Origin: Thermodesulfobacteriota bacterium
GTDB lineage: Bacteria; Desulfobacterota_D; UBA1144; Nemesobacterales; JAJCZQ01
Assembly (NCBI GenBank): GCA_965203965.1
Contig: CBDBDR010000017.1
Coordinates: 64,001 to 128,000 of the forward strand
Length of the DNA stretch: 64,000 nucleotides
Direction of reading: 5' to 3'
Position numbers and translations under genes: made by a program. The notes under the pieces are model-generated. The model made no database searches and had not been told where the DNA came from. It worked only from the letters and a program-made list of their open reading frames with translations. Below, piece by piece: positions 56,299 through 64,000 of this stretch (positions within the stretch are counted from its first letter, which is position 1; each line of letters opens with the position of its first letter).

Positions 56299-57810
56299 TC
56301 AACTTGCAAGCCATTTTGAACGCCTAATATTGCTGGCATAAGCAATTGTTCGCTCAATTACATCAGGTGCATTACTACCATCTACCAACCCATTAATTCC
56401 AAGAGCAATTGCAAGTAATCCTAAAGCAGCCTGATCATCTGCAGCCTTTCCTGCCATGCCCTGCACAGATGCACTGGTCTCTTCATTTAAATGAATCAGT
56501 CGCCTAAGAAATTCTGTTCCAATTAAATTTTCCGGAACACTCAATGCAATCACCCTGTAATCACAAAGCATGTTATTTTCAACAGCTTTCTTAAAACTCA
56601 ATCGATAAAATTCCCGTCCATATATTTCATTATCATTCATATCTACAATTTCAATATCACTATCTTTTCTTACTTTGTTTTTATATACACGCGGCGTTGC
56701 AGTCATATATAAACGTTTTCTGGCTTGTATTTTCTTTCCATCATGTATCAACTGAAATAGATTGGATGATTCCCCAGAAATTATTCCAGTCGTTCGATGA
56801 GCTTCATCTATAATCGCTATATCGAAAACATGCTTGTCTTTTGATTCTCTAATTGTTCTATTTAGATCTTGCTGTGCCTCCAAAAGCTTGTCTAGCGATT
56901 GATAAGTGCAAAATACCACACGAGCAGAATCAGGAGGAATTTTCCTATTAAGTAATGATTCTATTTCAACCGGATCAGTCGTTACCGGACATGGCAATTC
57001 CATTACAGTCATTCCTTCTTTAACTGTTTTTCCTGCTGTTTTATCCGAGCAAATGACAATACAATTCAAATCCCGTTGTGTATGATTTAGCCACTCTCTA
57101 CGAATCTGAGCAACTAAAGCAATAGATGGGGCAATAAAAAGTATATTCGTAGGCTTATCTATAAACGGGAGTGCAATTTCCTCAGCTATTCTAAGGGCAC
57201 AAAAGGTTTTCCCTGTTCCACAGGGCATTATCAAACGGCCACGACTAGCATCTGTATCCTGAAATCCGGCAACAACACTATTTATAGCCTCTTTTTGCAA
57301 TTTCCATGGTTCACGGATTTTAGGCTTAACATATTTTTGAATTACATGGTTGCCATATTGATTAAAATCAATAAGCCGAAGATTATTCTTATTTTTAAAT
57401 AATTTAAACGCATCAGGTGTAAAATTATTTTTATTGCCAGTTATATATTCACCCTGCTGATCTCGCATTTCCAAAGATTTTTGTTTTTCTGTTCTCGACA
57501 GAGTGACAAACCAATACAAATCAAAAATACCTTCATTGATTGCAGCAAGAAAATTTTGTACCTGAGATTTTCCAATTGCAGTACTTTCATAATACTTGCA
57601 TTGAATTGCTACCCGCTCTCCGGTTTTTAAATAGGCAACTAAATCAATACCACAATCTTTCCCATCATAAAAGAACGAATCAAATTTATTCTTTTCTTGT
57701 TGAACCCAATCACTCCAGCGTGAAACAGACTCTATTTCTAAATCTTCTATATGCGGCGCTACAATTTCGAATAATTTTTCAAATTCCCTGCCCTTCTTTT
57801 GAGAACTCAA
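56299..57810 (-). CDS. Type ISP-like restriction-modification enzyme, N-terminal portion (Mrr-like nuclease plus helicase motifs I-IV), ending at a premature TGA
   Basis: GREFE, DCGIDLVA, AIQCKYY, MPCGTGKT, DEAHRT, MTATPR. Confidence 0.82.
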   Translation of the reverse strand: MSSQKKGREFEKLFEIVAPHIEDLEIESVSRWSDWVQQEKNKFDSFFYDGKDCGIDLVAYLKTGERVAIQCKYYESTAIGKSQVQNFLAAINEGIFDLYWFVTLSRTEKQKSLEMRDQQGEYITGNKNNFTPDAFKLFKNKNNLRLIDFNQYGNHVIQKYVKPKIREPWKLQKEAINSVVAGFQDTDASRGRLIMPCGTGKTFCALRIAEEIALPFIDKPTNILFIAPSIALVAQIRREWLNHTQRDLNCIVICSDKTAGKTVKEGMTVMELPCPVTTDPVEIESLLNRKIPPDSARVVFCTYQSLDKLLEAQQDLNRTIRESKDKHVFDIAIIDEAHRTTGIISGESSNLFQLIHDGKKIQARKRLYMTATPRVYKNKVRKDSDIEIVDMNDNEIYGREFYRLSFKKAVENNMLCDYRVIALSVPENLIGTEFLRRLIHLNEETSASVQGMAGKAADDQAALGLLAIALGINGLVDGSNAPDVIERTIAYASNIRRSKWLAS

Positions 57811-57908
57811 CGAGCGAGCCTCAAATCCCTTTAAAATATCATTGATTTTACACCCGTAGTATTCAGTTTTTATATCAATCTCCCCTAATAAATATGATTT
57901 TAACTGTA

Positions 57909-57936
57909 TTTATCGACGATAAACTCACAGTGAGTT
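57909..57936. promoter_or_regulatory. Two overlapping perfect 7-1-7 palindromes upstream of the RM gene (possible operators)
   Basis: TTTATCG-A-CGATAAA (57909-57923) and AACTCAC-A-GTGAGTT (57922-57936). Function is inferred only. Confidence 0.35.
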
Positions 57937-58310
57937 ATTCTCATTTATCAAAGACTTGAGAGTAATAGTCTTACCAATCGTCTCTGAAAACAAAATAGTA
58001 ATACAATCAAGAGTATCAACTTTATAAATCCCTTGATTTAAGCGAAAAGTAAATTCATCTATATAACGCTTCATATGCTTTACACTCCGATGGTGATAAA
58101 CCCCATAGTAACCACGCTTGATAACAGACCATACATTTTCTATGCTGTTAGTATGTGCTATCCCACAAATTCTTTTGCCGAGTGTTTTTTCGCACCCTGG
58201 TGATTGTAAAAAAGTCCGTCTATATCTATATAACCTCTATGATTATCCGTATAAATGGTGCTACCAATCTCAACCTTCTTACGGACAGTATATTCTGGTT
58301 TTTTTTATCT
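57925..58310 (-). mobile_element. Truncated, frameshifted IS1595-family (ISXO2-like DDE) transposase remnant
   Basis: Minus strand VRKKVEIGSTIYTDNHRGY...HSAKEFVG*, then in another frame AHTNSIENVWSVIKRGYYGVYHHRSVKHMKRYIDEFTFRLN...NNSL* (stop 57925-57927). The N-terminal zinc ribbon and first Asp were not found. 5' limit approximate. Confidence 0.88.
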
Positions 58311-58537
58311 GATTTCTATTGTGGTCTCTACGTTTGTCAATAATCAAACGATAACGTGTTATTTTCTACAAAACTCATTTGATCGACATTGTTTTTTGTG
58401 AGGTATTTATGACTCTAAAATATAGTAAACACAATAACCTAACAAATAAACACTGAAAAACGGATAATGTATTTTAGTGAAACGGTCTCGGTTCAATATT
58501 TGTTGCGCAGTTGTCCTTGCTAAATTACCATTCATAT

Positions 58538-58987
58538 TTAAATCTGTTTTTTGCTGTCAATCAAAATCGTAACGGGTCCCGAATTTGAAAGATACACGTT
58601 CATAAAAGCACCAAATACTCCTTCTTCCACTTTTAATCCACTGCTTTTCAATGTATTAAGAAATGTCTTATATAGTCCCCTTGCTTCATCGGCATTTGCT
58701 GCTTTATCGTAAGAAGGTCTATTACCCTTTCGACAGTCCCCGTAAAGTGTGAACTGTGGTACTAACAATATATCTCCTTTTATATCTAGGATATTTAAAT
58801 TCATTCTGGCTTGATCATCGTCAAATATCCTCAGTTTTAATATTTTATCGGCGAGATAGGATGTGTCTTGATCATTATCATCTACTGATATTCCTAAAAG
58901 TATCAGAAGCCCTTTTCCTATTTTCCCTGAAACTTTGCTCTCAACCTCTACATTAGCCGAGTTGACTCTTTGAACCACTGCTCTCAA
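58538..58987 (-). CDS. dtd: D-aminoacyl-tRNA deacylase
   Basis: MRAVVQRV, LRIF, QFTL, GNRPS, NSGPVT. Confidence 0.95.
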   Translation of the reverse strand: MRAVVQRVNSANVEVESKVSGKIGKGLLILLGISVDDNDQDTSYLADKILKLRIFDDDQARMNLNILDIKGDILLVPQFTLYGDCRKGNRPSYDKAANADEARGLYKTFLNTLKSSGLKVEEGVFGAFMNVYLSNSGPVTILIDSKKQI

Positions 58988-59027
58988 TGCTTATGTTGTC
59001 TCCCTAATTTTAACACTTGTGTCATTA

Positions 59028-59918
59028 TTAAAAGACGGTCAATATTCCGAGTATGGCACCGAGTGTGCTGACCGGTGCAAGGTCTTCGAGAGTATCAACC
59101 CCTTTTTCAATTTTCAAGGTTGTATTTTTGGCATCATAATAAAGAGAATCGTCATTAACCAGTTTTCCCAGAGTCCCCTTACCACTGTTGACTTTTTTAA
59201 GTATTTTGTTTAGTTTTTCAGCTGCTTTAGTTGCTTGCACGTAGAGCCTGTCATCGTTCATAAGTTTTCCAATAGTGCTATCCGAGTTGTTTAGCTTTTC
59301 TGATGCTTTTCTTAATTCCTTTACAGCTAATCCGACTTCTTTGTAGAGCGTGTCATCATTTACAAGTTTGCCAATCGTTCCCTTGCCCGTTGCCAGATTA
59401 TCCATAACTGTGTCAAGGTTTGTGAAGATACTACTTATTTCTTGGCTATTATTGCTCAACATGCCGAACACACCGAGTGCATTGTCCAGTGAGTCAATTG
59501 AAGAATCGAGTTTTGTTAAAATCTGATTTAACTCCGTGGGGTTTTTACTTGGAAGAGGTGCATCACCAAGGGTTAAAGCCCCCGTGTCGGATCCAAAAGT
59601 CAGGTTTATATAGCTTGTTCCAAGCAGACTGCTAAGTTGGATGGATGCAACTGAATCGTTCTTCACCGGAGCATTCTTTTGAACTTCCATTGTCACTTTT
59701 AATTTCCTATTTTCCAAGTTGATCGATGAAATTTTTCCTATGACAAGCCCTTTAATTTTTACTGCATTTCCCTCTCTTAATTCACCCACTGAGTCAAAAT
59801 AGGTATAAACGATTTTGGTGTTTGAGCGAAATGGTATCTCACCAAGAAAATCCATCACAATTACCAATACTAATATGCCGAGCATAAAAAACATCCCTAC
59901 TTTATATTCATTTTTCAT
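59028..59918 (-). CDS. mlaD: MlaD/MCE family protein with long helical C-terminal region
   Basis: N-terminal TM, MCE domain (YFDSVGEL...SLLG), three T(I/L)GKL(V/M)NDDxLY repeats. ATG 59918 follows GGAGG. Confidence 0.88.
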   Translation of the reverse strand: MKNEYKVGMFFMLGILVLVIVMDFLGEIPFRSNTKIVYTYFDSVGELREGNAVKIKGLVIGKISSINLENRKLKVTMEVQKNAPVKNDSVASIQLSSLLGTSYINLTFGSDTGALTLGDAPLPSKNPTELNQILTKLDSSIDSLDNALGVFGMLSNNSQEISSIFTNLDTVMDNLATGKGTIGKLVNDDTLYKEVGLAVKELRKASEKLNNSDSTIGKLMNDDRLYVQATKAAEKLNKILKKVNSGKGTLGKLVNDDSLYYDAKNTTLKIEKGVDTLEDLAPVSTLGAILGILTVF

Positions 59919-60699
59919 ATTGACCTCCATTATAGTCAAATTTTGTAGAAATAAATTTTCTTATTGTCTCGTTATTTGTATCTTGCAAATTATCAGCTGT
60001 GCCTGCATCAATGATTTTACCATTACTAATGATGGATATCCTGTCGGCAATATGAGCTGCCAGATCAACGTCGTGAGTGACTACTATCTGTGTGGTATTG
60101 ACGGTTTTCTTTAAGGTTATTATAAGCTCGCCGATAGTTTTTTTCATCATGGGATCAAGTCCAGCCGTAGGCTCGTCAAATAATATAAGGTCAGGACTCA
60201 TTGCAAGTGCCCTTGCAATTGCAACTCTTCTTTGCATGCCGCCGCTGATTTCAGAAGGGTAGAGGTTGCCGTTTCCCTCCAATTCCACAAGCTCCAGTGC
60301 GGCAGTAACCAGAGTTGTATAAGTTTTGTTGTCCACGACCCTGTGTTCCTTCAGATATATACCGACGTTATCATTTACCGTCATGGAATTGAACAAAGCT
60401 GAAGATTGGAATACAAATCCAATCTTGTATTCTTTCATATCCATATAAGAATTGATTTGTTTGTTATTTAAATACACTTTTCCACCGTCATATTTTTCCA
60501 GTCCCGCTACACATCGCAGTAGTAATGACTTACCCGAACCACTTTTTCCCAAAATCACGTGAGTCTCGGATGGGTTGACTTCAATATCTATTCCCTTCAG
60601 CACTTCTTTACCGGGAAAACTTTTGTAAAGTCTTTTTACTTTTAAGGAGAGCGGATTGCTGCTTAGGTAGCTCAAAAGTGCGTTGCTGTTGTTTTTCAT
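59908..60699 (-). CDS. mlaF: MlaF-type ABC ATP-binding protein
   Basis: GKSGSGKS, FQSSALFNSM, ISGGMQRRV, DEPTAGLDP. Confidence 0.9.
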   Translation of the reverse strand: MKNNSNALLSYLSSNPLSLKVKRLYKSFPGKEVLKGIDIEVNPSETHVILGKSGSGKSLLLRCVAGLEKYDGGKVYLNNKQINSYMDMKEYKIGFVFQSSALFNSMTVNDNVGIYLKEHRVVDNKTYTTLVTAALELVELEGNGNLYPSEISGGMQRRVAIARALAMSPDLILFDEPTAGLDPMMKKTIGELIITLKKTVNTTQIVVTHDVDLAAHIADRISIISNGKIIDAGTADNLQDTNNETIRKFISTKFDYNGGQYEK

Positions 60700-60720
60700 T
60701 GCTTTAAACGGTTTAATGGC

Positions 60721-61494
60721 TTAATCTAGATTCATAAACTGCAGTATTCTCGTTATAAAATAATCGGAGACAAGAACAAGCACAAATGACAGAACAACTG
60801 CTTTTGTAACGGATATTCCTATGCCCTTGGGTCCGCCTTTTGTTCCAAATCCGACTTGACAGGAGACAATGGAGATGATAATTCCGAAAAAGAAAGCCTT
60901 TATGAGACCATTGAAAACAGCTTTTACGGTTACAATATCGGCAAGGTTTCTGAAATAGACTTGCATTGACAGATTTATTTCAGGGTTGACCGTAGCAACC
61001 ACTGCACCACCGAACCAGCCTACAACATCCATAAATACAACTAGTACGGGCAGAGACAGGATTGTCGCGAGAAATCTGGGCATTACAAGAAATCGAACAG
61101 GGTCAATATTCATTGTTTTTAACGCATCAATTTCATTATAAACACTCATTGAACCGATTTCTGCTGCCATTGCGGACCCCATTCTCCCTGCCACAAGTAT
61201 TGACGCCATTACCGGACCTATTTCTTTGACCATTGACAGTCCAACTATGCTTCCAAGATTTTCTTCCAGACCGAAACTTGCAAGAGTGGGACCTGTTTGA
61301 AGCGAGAGCACGGCGCCGCTAGAAAGTGCTATCAATGTAGCAACTGGCAGAGTTTTGTTGCCGATCTCAGTTATTTGATAGAGTATCTTGTCAAAATTCC
61401 AGTGAACGTCCTTGCACCAATAGATGCTTTGAAAAAGGAGCTTTAAAATTCCACCTGTTGTTATGAAAAGTGTCGATATTATACTCATGCCCAT
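60721..61494 (-). CDS. mlaE: MlaE-type ABC permease
   Basis: KEIGPV, AGRMGSAMAAEIGSM, EIDAL, VGFGTKGG, TKAVV. Confidence 0.93.
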   Translation of the reverse strand: MGMSIISTLFITTGGILKLLFQSIYWCKDVHWNFDKILYQITEIGNKTLPVATLIALSSGAVLSLQTGPTLASFGLEENLGSIVGLSMVKEIGPVMASILVAGRMGSAMAAEIGSMSVYNEIDALKTMNIDPVRFLVMPRFLATILSLPVLVVFMDVVGWFGGAVVATVNPEINLSMQVYFRNLADIVTVKAVFNGLIKAFFFGIIISIVSCQVGFGTKGGPKGIGISVTKAVVLSFVLVLVSDYFITRILQFMNLD

Positions 61495-62957
61495 TACATT
61501 TTTATGTAGAGAAGTTTCAAATTGTTTTTTTCATTTTTTGACTCATAGCCAATAAGTCCTCCAAGTATATTCCATGATTTACCGGAACTACTGCGGGAAT
61601 AGTTAAACAGTGTTACTATGGGTCTTATGTCAAGAGTAAACTCACTGCTGTTGCTGTAGAAGGTTACCAGATTCCACAGAAATGAAGTTCGTGTCAGGTT
61701 ATCTGCTGTTTTTTCCCATACAAATATCCTCCACAGCGAAGCAAAATTCCTGTAAAGCCTTTCATTGTTGTTTATGAAAGGTTCAAAAACGGTGAATATA
61801 TGAAAGCGACTATAGCCCGTGTCGTCTTTTCTGAAACTGAATATGGGCCACAGATCAATTCTTATTCTGGGTTTGACTGTGTCTGTCAAAGGTTCTTCTC
61901 TCGTGTCTTTGTATAAAAAAAGAAAAAGCGATTTTTTGTGTCTTCTGTAGTTTGCAAGAGATATTTTTTTATACTTGTATAAAGGCAACAGTATATAACC
62001 ATCTTCATCATTTTCATTACGTTCTGCCTTGGAATAGAAAGGGAATATTTTTGTCTGATTGGTAGTTTCTCCTCTGGTAAAATTGATGAAGGGCCATGGA
62101 GTGTCCCATCTTTCGTCACCTTTTTTATGGTTTACAGTGTGCTGCACGAAGGGCCAGAGGTAACCCCTGTTTGAAACACCGTGGGAGCGTATCTCAGAAT
62201 ACAGTGGAAATATTGACTTGAAGTATGACGTCTCGCCGTAAAAGTCCTTTTCCTTTTTAATGTAAATGGGCCAGAATAAAAACTCCTCACGTCTTTTTTT
62301 TTTCTTGTTTACCCTTTTACTGATGATGGGGAATAATCTGCTACCCTCAAGTTCTCCGTCATAATTACTTACAATGGGCCACATTATGCTTCTTGTGATC
62401 TCACCACCTGATATGGTTTTCATATAAAGTGGAAAAAGGAGAAATTTAATATTTTCTTTGGCAAATTTATTTTTTAAGCCTCCGTAAAATGGGAAAAATG
62501 CAAAATAGTTATTGTTCTTATCCTCTTCGTTATTGTAAAAAATGAAGGGGAAAAGATTGAATTCCTTGTTTTTGTAGCCAGACGGTGTTATTTCCGTGTT
62601 GTATGTTAAAAGAAAAAGTTGGTATTGAAACCATGAAAAATTACCTTTCTTTTTGTATGAAGCCAGTGGGTACAAAAACTCATACTCTTCAATGTTCTCT
62701 CTCTCTTTTAATATTCTGTGATAAAAGGGGTTAAAGCCAAATTCGGAATATCCGCCGTTTTTTCTGTAGGTTATAAATGGTCCCAGTGCCATGAATTCCC
62801 TTTCATACTTGGAATTTTTCACAGGATGATAAAGAGGTCCAAGATTTACCCCAAAACTCACAGTAGTAGGAAGCGAGATAGTTAAAAGCAGCAGGTAAAG
62901 TGTGATTCTGGTTTTATCAATCGTCATAATAAACTTTTCTAACCCTTTTTCCAACAA
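61494..62957 (-). CDS. Uncharacterised exported protein with many aromatic (F/W)P repeats (start probably ATG 62927)
   Basis: Signal-like ITLYLLLLTISLPTTVSFG, then about 17 motifs such as LFPFI, FFPFY, FWPIY, LWPFV, PWPFI. Overlaps alr upstream and mlaE downstream. Confidence 0.75.
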   Translation of the reverse strand: MLEKGLEKFIMTIDKTRITLYLLLLTISLPTTVSFGVNLGPLYHPVKNSKYEREFMALGPFITYRKNGGYSEFGFNPFYHRILKERENIEEYEFLYPLASYKKKGNFSWFQYQLFLLTYNTEITPSGYKNKEFNLFPFIFYNNEEDKNNNYFAFFPFYGGLKNKFAKENIKFLLFPLYMKTISGGEITRSIMWPIVSNYDGELEGSRLFPIISKRVNKKKKRREEFLFWPIYIKKEKDFYGETSYFKSIFPLYSEIRSHGVSNRGYLWPFVQHTVNHKKGDERWDTPWPFINFTRGETTNQTKIFPFYSKAERNENDEDGYILLPLYKYKKISLANYRRHKKSLFLFLYKDTREEPLTDTVKPRIRIDLWPIFSFRKDDTGYSRFHIFTVFEPFINNNERLYRNFASLWRIFVWEKTADNLTRTSFLWNLVTFYSNSSEFTLDIRPIVTLFNYSRSSSGKSWNILGGLIGYESKNEKNNLKLLYIKM

Positions 62958-64000
62958 GCGTCATAATTTCATAGGGGATAGTTTCTGCCCAATTAGATAT
63001 ATCGTTTATTGTAATCAGTTTGTCACCGAACAGAGTAACTTCATCACCGGTTCTTATGTCTTTGTAATCAGTTACGTCGATCATAATAAAATCCATACAT
63101 ATTGTGCCTACTACCTTTGCTTTTTCCCCCTTGACGGATACGAACGCTTTATCCGAAAGTCTCCTGATATAACCATCGGCGTAACCAATTGGAACCGTTG
63201 CTATCAGCGACCTTCTATCGGTAACGTAATGACCGCCGTAGCTTATTGGGGAACCTTTTTCGTGCCATTTTAACTGTATGATCCTACTTTTTAGTTTCAT
63301 AACGGGGTACAGACTGTTACCGTTTTGTTCTCCTGCACCATAAAGCATAATTCCGGGCCTTACTAAATTACCGTGAGAGCGGGGATAATTTTGAATTGCA
63401 GCGCTGTTGGCCAAGTGAAAATAGAGGGGATTTACGTTAAGAGACTTAAAAAGTTTCAATGATCTGTAAAATATAGATATTTGATTATATGTAAAATCGC
63501 TTGATGTATTGTCTGCCGATGCAAGATGTGTAAACACCCCTTTTAGGTTGAGGCATTTGTTCTTTTTGTATTCATTTGCAAAACTTTCAATATCTCTGCT
63601 TTTTATACCAAGTCGTCCCATACCCGTGTCTATTTTTAAGTGAAAATCAAGCTTTTTATTAATTTTTTTTGTTTCTCTTGATAGAGTTTTCAGTATTTCT
63701 ATATCATAAACGGTGGGAGTTAAACCGTTTTTTATAATGCAGGGAATTTCGTCTTTCTGTATTCCACCCAGTACAATGATGGGGAGTTTAATGCCGGATT
63801 CTCGTAGTTCAAGACCTTCCTCAAGAGTGGTAACTGCTAGTGAGTCAATACCGGATTCTACCAGTTTTTTGCTTACACTTATGGCACCGTGACCATAGGC
63901 ATTGGCTTTTACAACCGCCATTATGGACACCGGGTATTCTACTAGAGATTTTACTTTCTCTAAATTTTTTTTAACGGATCTTAAATTGATTTCTGCCCAA
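62917..64000 (-). CDS. alr: Alanine racemase (start lies beyond the window)
   Basis: AVVKANAYGHG, KIDTGMGRLG, VRPGIMLYG, GYADG, ICMD, TIPYE. The frame stays open to the window end (WAEINLRSVKKN). Confidence 0.96.
   Translation of the reverse strand, partial: WAEINLRSVKKNLEKVKSLVEYPVSIMAVVKANAYGHGAISVSKKLVESGIDSLAVTTLEEGLELRESGIKLPIIVLGGIQKDEIPCIIKNGLTPTVYDIEILKTLSRETKKINKKLDFHLKIDTGMGRLGIKSRDIESFANEYKKNKCLNLKGVFTHLASADNTSSDFTYNQISIFYRSLKLFKSLNVNPLYFHLANSAAIQNYPRSHGNLVRPGIMLYGAGEQNGNSLYPVMKLKSRIIQLKWHEKGSPISYGGHYVTDRRSLIATVPIGYADGYIRRLSDKAFVSVKGEKAKVVGTICMDFIMIDVTDYKDIRTGDEVTLFGDKLITINDISNWAETIPYEIMTLVGKRVRKVYYDD

Noticed and set aside
56250..56301. Selenocysteine or genome-wide TGA recoding as the explanation for the RM in-frame stop
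   Set aside because: I see no SECIS-like hairpin after the TGA and no sign that this is a catalytic Cys position. TGA terminates aspS, era and mutL normally.
58118..58343. Two short plus-strand ORFs (64 and 62 aa)
   Set aside because: They are antisense to the IS1595 transposase remnant.
53318..58440. Possible IS terminal inverted repeats (AGGTTAATG near 53318 versus CAATAACCT near 58432)
   Set aside because: Only about 8 of 9 nt match in AT-rich DNA, and I could not identify a target-site duplication.

Overview
Gene-dense, AT-rich bacterial chromosome segment, mostly housekeeping genes: sucA (partial), rmuC, aspS, era, hisIE, rpoZ, ssb, glmU-glmS, purD, rpsL-rpsG-fusA, lspA-ribE-aroK-degQ, mutL-gmhA-efp, murI, clpS-clpA, recR-ybaB, dtd, mlaDFE and alr (partial). 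Standard genetic code, since TGA ends several core genes. No rRNA, tRNA or CRISPR array was recognised. Most notable accessory or unexplained elements: (1) a ~1,490-codon Type ISP-like restriction-modification gene cut by one in-frame TGA inside the helicase, just downstream of a frameshifted IS1595-family transposase remnant that the ORF track misses; (2) a tandem pair of FmdB-type zinc-ribbon proteins, each with a homologous ~70-aa insertion inside the zinc ribbon; (3) a secreted aromatic (F/W)P-repeat protein inside the alr-mlaEFD operon, where MlaA/MlaC are absent; (4) a FemAB-like GNAT gene heading a clpS-clpA-thioesterase-LonC-like run; (5) an EF-P with a non-canonical KMGRM loop; (6) a GT2 with a 930-bp internal duplication next to wzm/wzt; (7) decayed genes, including a Sel1-repeat pseudogene and an asparagine-synthase-like gene collapsed to its two ends. 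Family assignments come from motifs read by eye, not from database searches.
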